A stretch of DNA of 64,000 bases from Nitrosopumilaceae archaeon (GTDB lineage: Archaea > Thermoproteota > Nitrososphaeria > Nitrososphaerales > Nitrosopumilaceae), in NCBI GenBank assembly GCA_011523285.1, contig WTHC01000025.1, positions 11,848 through 75,847 on the forward strand, written 5' to 3'. The notes under the pieces were generated by a model. It was not told the DNA's origin, made no database searches, and saw nothing but the letters and a program-made list of their open reading frames with translations. Positions 18,103 through 28,219 of the stretch are shown here, in pieces; the first letter of the stretch is position 1, and the number at the start of each line of letters is the position of its first letter. A program made the translations under genes and the position numbers.

Positions 18103-18926
18103 TGATTCAGGGTACTTCTTCTGGATCTGGGAAAACGACACTAGCTATTGCACTGTGTAGAATATTTAAAAATCTTGGATATAGAGTGGCGCCATTTAAA
18201 TCTCAAAATATGTCTAATTTTGTTTACAAGTACGGTGATAATTGCGAAATGCCTATAGCGCAGGTATTACAAGCTATTGCATCTAAAACTAAAATTATAT
18301 CTGACATCAATCCAATTTTATTAAAACCTCTCGGAAATTATCGAAGTGCAGTATTTGTACGTGGTAAATTCTATAAAATTATGAATACAGATGAATATTA
18401 TCATAAATTTCTTGATATTGCTTTTAATATTGCTATTGAATGCCTTGATAATCTAAAACGTAAAAACGATTTAATAATTATTGAAGGTGCTGGTTCTCCA
18501 GTCGAAATCAATATGACAAAATATGATATAGCTAACATGAAAATTGCAGAAAAATCTGAAACTCCCGTTATACTAGTAACTGATATTGATCGAGGTGGTT
18601 CATTTGCTAGTATTGTAGGCACTATGCAACTATTAAATATAAAACATAGCTCATTAATCAAAGGATTTATTTTTAATAAATTCCGTGGGGATAATAATAT
18701 ACTATATCCAGGTTTTCAACAACTTCTGAAGTATACAAATAAACCAACATTTGGAGTAATCCCAAAAATTAATATCAAATTACCACAGGAAGATTCTTTA
18801 GATCAAATACATGTAAATTCTACTTACAATATTAAAAATACTAAGTCTATAAATACAGAAATTGAAAATTTATGTTCTGTGATAGAAAATAATATTAAGA
18901 TTCACGAAATAGAGGAATTTTTGTAA
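18102..18926 (+). CDS. cobQ: Cobyric acid synthase, ATPase (dethiobiotin-synthetase-like) domain only; no glutamine amidotransferase domain
   Basis: MIQGTSSGSGKTTLAIALCRIFKNLGYRVAPFKSQNMSN, IIEGAGSPVEIN and DIDRGG are CobQ N-domain motifs. The ORF stops at 274 aa and the next gene starts 2 nt later. Confidence 0.75.
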   Translation: MIQGTSSGSGKTTLAIALCRIFKNLGYRVAPFKSQNMSNFVYKYGDNCEMPIAQVLQAIASKTKIISDINPILLKPLGNYRSAVFVRGKFYKIMNTDEYYHKFLDIAFNIAIECLDNLKRKNDLIIIEGAGSPVEINMTKYDIANMKIAEKSETPVILVTDIDRGGSFASIVGTMQLLNIKHSSLIKGFIFNKFRGDNNILYPGFQQLLKYTNKPTFGVIPKINIKLPQEDSLDQIHVNSTYNIKNTKSINTEIENLCSVIENNIKIHEIEEFL

Positions 18927-18927
18927 C

Positions 18928-19908
18928 ATGTTTGATATCTTATGTATATTAATTTTAACTTTTATTATTGATATCAAATTTGGAGATCCTCCAAATAAAT
19001 TTCATCCTACTGCATGGGTCGGTTTCATAATATCAAAAGTTGTAAACATTGTCACAACATATAACAAACACGAAAAACTACTAGGCGTAATATTAACAAT
19101 TTTTGTTGTGGCCTTGGTATTATCAATATTATATATCATAATGAATTTCATCATCATGGTTCTTGAGCGTTATACTACATTAGATTACGTATTCGTATTT
19201 TTGATTATTTCTATGTCTATGCTGCTTAAAACAACTATTTCAATAAATAATATGGAAAAACATGCTATTTTGATTATGGACGCATTAGACAATAATAATT
19301 ATCACGATGCCAGACAAAAATTATCATTAATAGTTAGTAGAAATACAATAAAACTAGACAAAAACCACATTATTTCTGGAGTTTTAGAAAGTGTTAGTGA
19401 AAATACTGTTGATGGAATAACGGCTCCATTATTTTATTTCATATTTTTCGGAATAAAAGCAGCATTTGTTTATAGAACAATCAATACAATAGATTCTATG
19501 ATTGGTTATAAGAATTTTATATTTAGAAATATAGGATGGTTTGGAGCTAATTGTGACACTCTGCTGAATTACATTCCATCCAGATTAACTGCCTATGTAA
19601 TTATTCTATGTGCTATGATTTTAGGATATGATTGGAGAAGTTCTTTCAAAATCATGAAACGTGATAATATGAAAACTGAAAGTTGCAATTCTGGATATCC
19701 TATTGCTGCATTAGCCGGTGCATTACAAGTGCAACTAGAAAAAATAGATCATTATATAATCGGTGACGGATCAATAAACTTGACTACTAAAACTATTAAA
19801 TCTGCAATTATAATTATGAAATTAACTTCCATAGTTTTTTGCGTTATATTTGTAACATTTTCATTTTTATTATCTAATTACATGGGATGGCTGTTTTTCT
19901 ATGTTTGA
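18928..19908 (+). CDS. cbiB: Adenosylcobinamide-phosphate synthase
   Basis: Polytopic membrane protein with the GDPPNKFHPTAWVG N-terminal motif and GYPIAALAGAL, typical of CbiB/CobD. Confidence 0.85.
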   Translation: MFDILCILILTFIIDIKFGDPPNKFHPTAWVGFIISKVVNIVTTYNKHEKLLGVILTIFVVALVLSILYIIMNFIIMVLERYTTLDYVFVFLIISMSMLLKTTISINNMEKHAILIMDALDNNNYHDARQKLSLIVSRNTIKLDKNHIISGVLESVSENTVDGITAPLFYFIFFGIKAAFVYRTINTIDSMIGYKNFIFRNIGWFGANCDTLLNYIPSRLTAYVIILCAMILGYDWRSSFKIMKRDNMKTESCNSGYPIAALAGALQVQLEKIDHYIIGDGSINLTTKTIKSAIIIMKLTSIVFCVIFVTFSFLLSNYMGWLFFYV

Positions 19909-20629
19909 TGCTATTTCATCAGTATTTTCGTTTTTAACAATAATACCATCTAAAAATCAAAGATTAGAGTACATTGCACAAAATATACATTTGTTTCCAA
20001 TCGTGGGAATTATAATTGGCATCATAATATCTATTATAAATTTTGTATTTTTGCTATTTTTACATCCATTATTATCTAGCTTGTTTATCGTCTTATTATT
20101 AATGGTTATTACAGGACTTCATCATATGGACGGCTTGATAGATTTCTCAGACGGTGTAATGACTAAAGGTAACAAAACAAAAAAAATACAATCTATGAAA
20201 GATACTGCAATTGGATCTGCAGGTACATTAACATCGATATTTTATATCATCAGTTTAATTTTAATAATTTCTATGTTACATGAATTTGTGGCATTGAAAG
20301 CAATAATTTTAAGTGAAATGATGGCAAAATTCTCTATGGTATTGCAAGCTAGAATTAATTCATCTACACCATCAAGTATTAGTTTTTTATTCATAAAACA
20401 CATAAAACATAATGATAAAATGATGATATTCGCCACATTGATTTTGATGACTGTGTCTATTACATTCGCAGGTGTCTTAGGACTATTGGTAGCAACAATT
20501 GTATCTGTGGCTGTGTTGATGATTGGATTTATATCGCGCATTAATTTTGGAGGTGTTTCTGGCGATGTGTTTGGTGCTACTAATGAATTAACAAGACTGA
20601 TATCGCTATTTGTGTTTGTTGTAGCATGA
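19901..20629 (+). CDS. cobS: Adenosylcobinamide-GDP ribazoletransferase (cobalamin 5'-phosphate synthase)
   Basis: Membrane protein with TGLHHMDGLIDFSDG and GGVSGDVFGA motifs. Overlaps cbiB by 8 nt. Confidence 0.85.
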   Translation: MFDAISSVFSFLTIIPSKNQRLEYIAQNIHLFPIVGIIIGIIISIINFVFLLFLHPLLSSLFIVLLLMVITGLHHMDGLIDFSDGVMTKGNKTKKIQSMKDTAIGSAGTLTSIFYIISLILIISMLHEFVALKAIILSEMMAKFSMVLQARINSSTPSSISFLFIKHIKHNDKMMIFATLILMTVSITFAGVLGLLVATIVSVAVLMIGFISRINFGGVSGDVFGATNELTRLISLFVFVVA

Positions 20630-21219
20630 TCGCACTAATCATGGCTGGCGGCCGTGGGAAAAGGATGAAAATTACAAAAGAAAAATTACTTTTAAGATAT
20701 AACAAACCACTTATATCTCATGTTGTTGAAGCTTTACAAAAATCTAATTGTTTTTCTCGAATCATTGCAGCTACTAGTATACATTCAAAACAAACAAGAC
20801 TATTGTTAAGCAGATCTCATATTGAAATTTTAGACACTCCGGGACATGGATATGTTTTAGACCTCAATTTAATTCTTAAATCTTTGAACGATTATATTTT
20901 CATAATTTCTGGAGATATGCCACTAATAGATAAACAAATAATAGAAAAAATAATCAGTTTACATGATACTGATAATGTTTGGACAAGCTATTTAGTCACA
21001 AAAAATTTTGTGACAGAATTTCAAATATCGTACTCCAAAACCATTACATTCCAAAACCAAGAATGTGTTTTAACAGGTTTGTCAATAGTAAATTCAAATA
21101 AAATAAAAGATCTTAGTCATATTGTAGAAACTTACATAATATTAAATGACAGAAGAATAGCTGTAAACATTAATACTCTCAAAGATTATCAATCACTACT
21201 ACCGACAACTTTGCCATAA
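20626..21219 (+). CDS. cobY: Adenosylcobinamide-phosphate guanylyltransferase, archaeal type (NTP-transferase fold)
   Basis: MIALIMAGGRGKRM nucleotidyltransferase P-loop-like motif, ~197 aa, overlapping cobS by 4 nt. Assignment rests on fold plus operon context. Confidence 0.65.
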   Translation: MIALIMAGGRGKRMKITKEKLLLRYNKPLISHVVEALQKSNCFSRIIAATSIHSKQTRLLLSRSHIEILDTPGHGYVLDLNLILKSLNDYIFIISGDMPLIDKQIIEKIISLHDTDNVWTSYLVTKNFVTEFQISYSKTITFQNQECVLTGLSIVNSNKIKDLSHIVETYIILNDRRIAVNINTLKDYQSLLPTTLP

Positions 21220-21386
21220 AATCTAGCTAATGCTCCTGTAGGTTTAGCTAAAGTATTTCCACATGATTTACAAGTTACCATGGTAGTTACATGTGAGAAA
21301 ACAACATTTTCTTCATTACATTCTTTGCAAATAACTTTATAAAATTTACTACTGGGTTTGGGTACGGATATATGATTTTTTTTCAA
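21189..21386 (-). CDS. rps27e: 30S ribosomal protein eS27 (S27e)
   Basis: SKFYKVICKECNEENVVFSHVTTMVTCKSCGNTLAKPTG is the C4 zinc ribbon of S27e. Confidence 0.9.
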   Translation of the reverse strand: MKKNHISVPKPSSKFYKVICKECNEENVVFSHVTTMVTCKSCGNTLAKPTGALARFYGKVVGSSD

Positions 21387-21387
21387 T

Positions 21388-21663
21388 TTAAGTTAATTCA
21401 AATTTTCTTATTCGAATTCCATATTTATTAATTTTTGTTTTACATATTGTGCACATTATAATCGGTGTTACTTTTTTAGTAGTCTTTGCTGGTTTGGCTA
21501 ATTTAGGAAACTTTTGACCGCCATAACCTTTTTTATCTTCATTATGTCTACGTTCTCCAATAGCTGAACCTCTTCTTTTACCAGCTTTGTATATTGATAT
21601 TTTCTGTTTGGTATGTTTATTACATTTAGCACAAAATTTCATGACTTCTTTCGGTATGTTCAT
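21388..21663 (-). CDS. rpl44e: 50S ribosomal protein eL42 (L44e)
   Basis: MNIPKEVMKFCAKCNKHTKQKISIYKAGKRRGSAIGERRHNEDKKGYGGQKFP...CTICK. Confidence 0.9.
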   Translation of the reverse strand: MNIPKEVMKFCAKCNKHTKQKISIYKAGKRRGSAIGERRHNEDKKGYGGQKFPKLAKPAKTTKKVTPIIMCTICKTKINKYGIRIRKFELT

Positions 21664-21727
21664 AACCGTTACCTGTGATACAGTAATTTAAACATCACTT
21701 ATTAACAACATCTTACAATAATGTTAG

Positions 21728-23494
21728 ATGGATTATTCTTCATTACATTCTATGATAATGAAACTTAATCAAGTGTCTATGGGCGAGCTGGCATGCGATT
21801 TACTTTTAAAAAACTGCTCTCTGATTAATGTTTATAGTAATGAAATCATTAAAAATACACAAATTTCTATTTTAGGAGATAGGATAGCATATGTTGGTAT
21901 GGACGCTAGTCATACGATTGGACCAAACACACTAATAATAGACTTGAAAGGTATGTACATATCTCCTAGTTTTGCAGATTCTCACATTCATATGGATCAA
22001 TTTGTTTTACCAGCAGAATTTATTAAAAATTCTTTGTTACGTGGCGTCACATCTTTTTTCTCAGATCCGATTGATGTAGTTAGTGTTTGTGGCTATCGTG
22101 GATTTGTAAATTTTCTAGATCTATTGAAAGATATTCCATCTAGAATATTTACAACTATACCAGGAGGTTTACCTGTAGACTATGAATTCAGTGAATGTAA
22201 AAATCTTAGTAATCAACAAGAAAAGATAGCATTGAATTTACCTCATGTAATTGGACTTGGTGAAGTTTTCTCATGGGCCAAAGTAACAAACCGTAACCCT
22301 CTAATCATGGAAAAATTATCTATAATGTTAAAAAATAATCATATAATTAATGGTCATACTGCAGGCGCTACCACCAAAAAACTTAATGCTTACATATCTT
22401 CTGGTATTCTCTCTTGCCATGAACCAATTGATTTTAACGAATTCATTGAAAGACTACGGCTAGGAATGTGGTTGATGATTAGGGACGGTTCTATAAGACG
22501 AGATCTGAGTAATATAATTCCACATGTTATAACAAATAAAATCTATAACAATAAATTGATGTTTTGCTCTGATGGGTTAAACCCTAGTGATATTAAAAAT
22601 ATAGGTCATATTGATCATTGTATACGTGAATCAATAAAATGTGGATTGAACCCAATTAGTGCAATTTGTATTGCTTCTAAAAATTGCTTTGATTATTACA
22701 ATTTGAACAAAGATTTTGGAGGAATTTCTCCTGGAAAAGTTGCAGATATGGTGGTTTTTGATGATATAAAAAAAATCAAACCTATTCAAGTTTTTGTTGG
22801 TGGTAGATTAATAGTATCTCGAGGCACCATTCTTACTCCATTTAAGAATAGAAACATACCAAACTGGATAACCAAAACCATTAAAACAAAAAAATTGTCT
22901 CAAGATAATTTTAAAACTAACGTGAAATTAAAACATACTACAGCAATGACAATTTATTTAAAAACTGAAATCATCACAACACAAAACTATGTTGATTTAC
23001 AAAATGATAATGGAAATATATTGCCATCTTTTGACAAAGATGTCTGGAAAGTTGCTGCTATAGATAGAATATTTAATTCAAATAAATACTATGTAGGGTT
23101 TTTACAAAACTTTGGATCTGACATTGGCGCATTTGCATCTACTTGGAGTTTCCACGAAAATAATATTGTGGTTATTGGCTCAAATGAAAACGACATGGCT
23201 GTTGCAGTAAACAATTTAATTCAAATGGGAGGCGGTATGATTATAATAAAAAATAGTAAAATTTTGGCCGCATTGCCGTTACAGTATGCAGGAATATTAT
23301 CCACAGATACGTTTGACAAAGTACTTGATAATTTTAATCAAATTAATTCTATCCTTCTAGATTCTGGATGTAAATTTAGAAAACCATATTTGATTCCATT
23401 ATTTCTTACATTTTTAGCATTACCAGAAGTAAGAATCACTTGTAATGGCATCGTAAATGTTAAATCTAAATCATATGAACAAATAATAAAATAG
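21728..23494 (+). CDS. ade: Adenine deaminase (amidohydrolase superfamily, long Ade type)
   Basis: DLLLKNCSLINVYSNEI...ISILGDRIAYVG...IDLKGMYISPSFADSHIHMD (HxH) and a 588-aa length with the C-terminal Ade domain. Confidence 0.7.
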   Translation: MDYSSLHSMIMKLNQVSMGELACDLLLKNCSLINVYSNEIIKNTQISILGDRIAYVGMDASHTIGPNTLIIDLKGMYISPSFADSHIHMDQFVLPAEFIKNSLLRGVTSFFSDPIDVVSVCGYRGFVNFLDLLKDIPSRIFTTIPGGLPVDYEFSECKNLSNQQEKIALNLPHVIGLGEVFSWAKVTNRNPLIMEKLSIMLKNNHIINGHTAGATTKKLNAYISSGILSCHEPIDFNEFIERLRLGMWLMIRDGSIRRDLSNIIPHVITNKIYNNKLMFCSDGLNPSDIKNIGHIDHCIRESIKCGLNPISAICIASKNCFDYYNLNKDFGGISPGKVADMVVFDDIKKIKPIQVFVGGRLIVSRGTILTPFKNRNIPNWITKTIKTKKLSQDNFKTNVKLKHTTAMTIYLKTEIITTQNYVDLQNDNGNILPSFDKDVWKVAAIDRIFNSNKYYVGFLQNFGSDIGAFASTWSFHENNIVVIGSNENDMAVAVNNLIQMGGGMIIIKNSKILAALPLQYAGILSTDTFDKVLDNFNQINSILLDSGCKFRKPYLIPLFLTFLALPEVRITCNGIVNVKSKSYEQIIK

Positions 23495-23537
23495 GAAATA
23501 TTAAAAAGAGGGACAGTATAAAAGAAATTGAAATTTA

Positions 23538-25163
23538 ATGGCTTCAATTCAACAAACCCCAAATGGACCAGTTCTTGTTCTTAAAGAAAGTGCCCTTCAA
23601 CAAAAAGGTAAAGATGCACAAAAAAATAATATTGCTGCTGCAAAATTAGTATCTGATTTAGTTAAAACCAGTCTTGGACCTAGAGGCTTAGATAAAATGT
23701 TAGTTGATTCTATTGGTGACGTGACTATCACAAATGATGGTGCTACTATTCTTAAAGAAATTGATGTTCAACATCCTGCAGCTAAAATGATGGTTGAAAT
23801 ATCAAAAACTATTGATAATGAAGTTGGTGATGGTACTACTACCTCTGTTGTTTTTGCGGGTGCATTGCTTGACAAAGCAGAAACTCTTCTAAGTAAAGAT
23901 GTTCATTCTTCTGTTATAGTTGATGCTTACCAAGAAGCAGCTGAAAAAACACTTAATTTATTGTCTGAAATTGCTAAACCTGTAGAACCAGACGCTAAAG
24001 AAGCTCTACTAAAAATAGCTAAAACCAGTATGGAATCAAAATTAATTTCTGAAGATAGTAAAGAATTATCAAAACTAGTAGTAGATGCAGTTTTAAAAAT
24101 ATCAAATAAAAAAAATGATGGAGATTATAAAGTTGATCTAGATAATATAAAAGTAGAAAAAAAAGCCGGTGGTTCTATCGCAGATACTTTATTAGTCAAA
24201 GGTATTGTTCTAGACAAAGAAATAGTACATAGTGGAATGCCTACAAAAATACAAGACGCTAAAATTGCTTTAATTAATGCCGCCATTGAAGTAGAAAAAA
24301 CTGAAATGAGCGCTGAAATAAGAATAACAGATCCAACACAAATGAATATGTTCTTAGAAGAAGAAAATGGGATGCTAAAAAATATGGTTGATAAAATTCA
24401 TGGCGCTGGAGCTAATGTACTTATATGTCAAAAAGGTATTGACGATATTGCACAACATTATCTTTCTAAACATGGAATAATGGCTATTAGAAGAGTCAAA
24501 GAAAGCGATATGGTCAAACTTGCCAAAGCTACCACCGGGAGAATAACTACTAGTGTGGAAGAACTCACAGAAAATGATCTCGGCAAAGCTGATTTGGTAC
24601 AACAAAAAAAGGTTGAAGCTGACAAGTGGGTATTCATAGAAGGTTGTAAACATCCACAATCTGTAACATTATTATTGAGAGGAGGTTCACAACGAATAGT
24701 TGATGAAGTAGATAGATCTATACATGATGCGCTTATGGTAGTTAAAGATGTAATTGAAAAACCATCCATAGTTGCTGGCGGAGGCGCAACAGAAGCTTAT
24801 TTAGCATCAAGCTTACGCAAATGGGCTGATAACAAAGAAGGGCGTGGTCAACTAGCACTGATTAATTATGCTGAAGCATTGGAATCAATACCACTAACAA
24901 TTTCAGAAAATGCTGGCATGGACCCAATAGATACTCTAGTTACGTTGCGTGCAAAACAAAATCAAGGACGTAAATGGGCTGGAATCAACGCTAAAGATAA
25001 TAAAATAGCTGAAATGTATTCGCTTGATATAGTTGAACCCATATCTGTCAAAGAACAAATAATTAAATCTGCAACCGAAGCAGCATGTATGATACTACGA
25101 ATTGATGATGTTATATCTATATCTGGTGGCTCTCAAGGTGGAGGCAAAGCAGGTACACCATAA
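23538..25163 (+). CDS. ths: Thermosome subunit (group II chaperonin)
   Basis: [63 protein letters not shown] and a GG-rich C-terminal tail. Confidence 0.95.
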   Translation: MASIQQTPNGPVLVLKESALQQKGKDAQKNNIAAAKLVSDLVKTSLGPRGLDKMLVDSIGDVTITNDGATILKEIDVQHPAAKMMVEISKTIDNEVGDGTTTSVVFAGALLDKAETLLSKDVHSSVIVDAYQEAAEKTLNLLSEIAKPVEPDAKEALLKIAKTSMESKLISEDSKELSKLVVDAVLKISNKKNDGDYKVDLDNIKVEKKAGGSIADTLLVKGIVLDKEIVHSGMPTKIQDAKIALINAAIEVEKTEMSAEIRITDPTQMNMFLEEENGMLKNMVDKIHGAGANVLICQKGIDDIAQHYLSKHGIMAIRRVKESDMVKLAKATTGRITTSVEELTENDLGKADLVQQKKVEADKWVFIEGCKHPQSVTLLLRGGSQRIVDEVDRSIHDALMVVKDVIEKPSIVAGGGATEAYLASSLRKWADNKEGRGQLALINYAEALESIPLTISENAGMDPIDTLVTLRAKQNQGRKWAGINAKDNKIAEMYSLDIVEPISVKEQIIKSATEAACMILRIDDVISISGGSQGGGKAGTP

Positions 25164-25361
25164 TCACACATCAATTTAATAAGTATTTTTTAAATACAAT
25201 TAGTTCATTGTATGTATAATTATATTAAATTTATTTTAGAATCATTTTTATGTACATCTATATGCTAATACAAATTTCATTTTTATTTCAATATGTTCAT
25301 AATATGTGACAAGACAACAATAATCTAATTCAAAACTAATCTAAAAATTAATAATTATATA

Positions 25362-26882
25362 TCATTGTGGTTCAATTGTTGCTGGTGGTTTACTAGATAT
25401 TATATAAGATACCCATGTAACTTCGTCTATTTCATTCGTTATTCTATTGCTTATTCTTTCTAATATTTTATATGGCAATCTAGTCCAATCTGCAGTCATA
25501 GCGTCTGTAGAATTCACAACTCGTATCATGACAATATTTCCAATTTTGCGTTTATCTCCACTGACACCTGTTGCACGATCATCACCCAGTGCAGCATATG
25601 CTTGCCATACTGTATCGTAAATTTTTGACTTCATTAACTCTTCTTCAACTATTCTACTTGCAAATCTTACAATTCTTAATTTTTTTCTTGTTACCTCACC
25701 AATTATTCTAACAGCTAATCCTGGACCTGGGAATGGATGTCTATTAATAATATTGTCTGGAACATTAAATATTTTAGCAATTTTTCTAACATCGTCTTTA
25801 TATAAATCTCGTATTGGCTCCAAAATTTTTAATGTTAACCAGTTTGGTATGCCTCCAACATTATGATGTGTTTTTATTACAGAAGATGGACCATGTGAAA
25901 TACCACTTTCTATAACATCTGGATACAAAGTTCCTTGAGCTAGCCATTTTAGATTTTTGTTTTTGTTGGCATATGCGGAAAAAATTTTAACGAATTCTTC
26001 TCCTATTACCATCCTTTTTTTCTCTGGATCGTGTATATTTTTTAGTTGATCTAAAAATCTTTTTTGTGCATTGATTGTGATTATTTGTATTCCCATCTTA
26101 GAAAATATTTCTTGAACTGATTTCACTTCATCTATTCTTAATAGTCCATTATCAATAAAAATACATTTTAATCTATTTCCTATTGACTTATGAATTAATA
26201 ATGCTGTCACTGTAGAATCTATGCCGCCACTAACACCGCATATTACATCGCCTGTTATCTTGGAAATTTCTTTGATCGTATCATCAATAAAATTTTTCAT
26301 GTTCCATTCTTTCTTAGCCAAACAAATTTTTAAAACAAAGTTTTTAAGAATTTGTATGCCATGATCTGTATGGACAACTTCTGGATGAAATTGTACTCCG
26401 TAAATAAATTTCGTTGTATTCTCTATAACAGCTGCATGTGATCTACTTGTACTAGCAGTTATTTCAAAACCATGTGGTATCTTTATAGCTTCATCTCCAT
26501 GACTCATCCAAGCTCTTGTATTTTTTCCAATGTTGCTTAGTAAATCAGAATTATTTTTTATTGAAAGCATCGCAGATCCATATTCTTTATTTGCATCTTT
26601 CACAACACCTCCAAAATTATTGACTATTAATTGATGTCCGTAACAAATACCTAAAATTGGTATCCCTGAATCGAAAATATGTTTTTCTGGAATTGGATGC
26701 TTGTCATCATATATACTAGATGGACTTCCTGACAAGATTATTCCTTTTGGTTTCATTTGTTTTAATTTGATAAATGGTATGTTATATGGAACAAGCTCTG
26801 CATATACTGCAAAATTTCTTATCCGTCTACATATAAGATGACTGTATTGAGAACCAAAATCTAATACTATTATTTTATCCAT
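25362..26882 (-). CDS. guaA: GMP synthase (glutamine-hydrolysing), fused GATase + ATP-pyrophosphatase
   Basis: ILGICYGHQL (GATase Cys), QFHPEV, GVSGGIDSTV (PP-loop) and a C-terminal ...KPPATIEPQ. Confidence 0.95.
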   Translation of the reverse strand: MDKIIVLDFGSQYSHLICRRIRNFAVYAELVPYNIPFIKLKQMKPKGIILSGSPSSIYDDKHPIPEKHIFDSGIPILGICYGHQLIVNNFGGVVKDANKEYGSAMLSIKNNSDLLSNIGKNTRAWMSHGDEAIKIPHGFEITASTSRSHAAVIENTTKFIYGVQFHPEVVHTDHGIQILKNFVLKICLAKKEWNMKNFIDDTIKEISKITGDVICGVSGGIDSTVTALLIHKSIGNRLKCIFIDNGLLRIDEVKSVQEIFSKMGIQIITINAQKRFLDQLKNIHDPEKKRMVIGEEFVKIFSAYANKNKNLKWLAQGTLYPDVIESGISHGPSSVIKTHHNVGGIPNWLTLKILEPIRDLYKDDVRKIAKIFNVPDNIINRHPFPGPGLAVRIIGEVTRKKLRIVRFASRIVEEELMKSKIYDTVWQAYAALGDDRATGVSGDKRKIGNIVMIRVVNSTDAMTADWTRLPYKILERISNRITNEIDEVTWVSYIISSKPPATIEPQ

Positions 26883-26888
26883 TGCATA

Positions 26889-27431
26889 TCAATTCGAATT
26901 TTCTAACATCCTAGATAGAGACCATGTTATAGTGTTTATGATTTCGTTTACTCTTTCTTTGATATTATAATTTTTTATTATTATACTTTTTAATATCGAC
27001 TTGTCATCAATTACTTCGCAGTTAATCATTTCATTTTCTCTGTTTGCGCCATTTTGGATATCGACTTTTTTCATTCCTGCAATTATTCTATTGATAAAGA
27101 AAGATTGAAATGGAGGCACATTAACATCTAAACTCACATTTTTTTCTAACACTATTGAAATTTTGTCAGAAGTGATATGTGCATTTGCAATTAACATTCC
27201 ATTTTTGCTACTATTTATTTGTACTGAATAACTAGATGTTGGTTTTTCATATTTATCAACATGTTTTGCTAATGAAGATGCTTTTGTAAAACTCCCTTCT
27301 TTAATAATCATATTTATTACCTTCAAATTTTTTTCCAATAATTTGTTCTCGTTCATATTTTTTTCTAATTTAAGAGCTAACATATCTTTTAGTTTAAACA
27401 AATCATTGATTTGTTCTTCTGTAAAATACAT
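26889..27431 (-). CDS. Hypothetical protein (N-terminal coiled coil + ~130-aa domain)
   Basis: 180-aa ORF between mptE (23 nt upstream) and guaA (6 nt downstream) on the same strand. No recognisable motif. Confidence 0.4.
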   Translation of the reverse strand: MYFTEEQINDLFKLKDMLALKLEKNMNENKLLEKNLKVINMIIKEGSFTKASSLAKHVDKYEKPTSSYSVQINSSKNGMLIANAHITSDKISIVLEKNVSLDVNVPPFQSFFINRIIAGMKKVDIQNGANRENEMINCEVIDDKSILKSIIIKNYNIKERVNEIINTITWSLSRMLENSN

Positions 27432-27454
27432 GATCTTATAACATCACATATGTA

Positions 27455-28195
27455 TTAAAACTCTGATCTAATTATATTTTTAATATCATTGTAATTTATT
27501 TTGGTGAACCCTTTTATCTGACTTGATGTGGTATAAAATTTTATTTTTGTTCCAGTAGCTAGCCATTCTAAAAGATCTTTTGCTTTTTTCATTTTTTTAA
27601 TTTTTAGTAATTTATTTTGTACTGTTTTTTTAGAATATTCTCCTATCACATTCCCAAAATCCATTCCGAACAGAATTATTTTTTTAGCATGAAAATATGC
27701 TGCCAGAAATACGCATCTGTCCCCATCAGTAAATCCTCCAAAGTTATAAATATTACCAAACGGTTTGGTTTCTGTTGTACCAATACAATTTTTTATCTTG
27801 GTAACCAATTTTAATTTATCATAATTATCTCCATGTGCATGAACAATGACTATTTCATCTTTTATATTATTTATGTACTCATCACATCCATCAAGATCTG
27901 TGACAATTATATCTGGTTCTACATTATTTTTGATTAAAGCATATGCGGCGCCATCTGCTACAATCTTAGTTACATTTTGAAATTTTTTTAAAATATGTAT
28001 TGATGATGAAACCGAAGGCCCAGCTCCAACAACGAATACTGTTCTATTTTCAATGCGTGATTTCAATTTTTCTATAGATGGTTTCGATTTCAATAACGAA
28101 TTTAATAGTTTGGCTGATTTCTCGTCGTCTTCTTCGTTATAATCGAATTCTTCTATAATTTGGGCATATTTCCTTTCCCAACCTGAAATGCTCAT
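27455..28195 (-). CDS. mptE: 6-hydroxymethyl-7,8-dihydropterin diphosphokinase, archaeal MptE (DUF115) type
   Basis: FVVGAGPS...IVTDLDG...HAHGDN pattern of the MJ1634 family. It is divergently adjacent to dihydropteroate synthase. Confidence 0.7.
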   Translation of the reverse strand: MSISGWERKYAQIIEEFDYNEEDDEKSAKLLNSLLKSKPSIEKLKSRIENRTVFVVGAGPSVSSSIHILKKFQNVTKIVADGAAYALIKNNVEPDIIVTDLDGCDEYINNIKDEIVIVHAHGDNYDKLKLVTKIKNCIGTTETKPFGNIYNFGGFTDGDRCVFLAAYFHAKKIILFGMDFGNVIGEYSKKTVQNKLLKIKKMKKAKDLLEWLATGTKIKFYTTSSQIKGFTKINYNDIKNIIRSEF

Positions 28196-28219
28196 ATTAT
28201 ATCTTAATCACAGAATTAT

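Noticed and set aside
18102-18926. Short cobQ as a pseudogene
   Set aside because: The ORF is intact with all N-domain motifs, and cbiB follows after 2 nt. No degraded GATase remnant exists, so it looks like a genuine domain-minimal gene.
23517-23524. TATAAAAG as the thermosome TATA box
   Set aside because: It is only ~18 nt from the ATG at 23538, too close for the usual ~25-nt TATA-to-start spacing. The real promoter element cannot be assigned with confidence.
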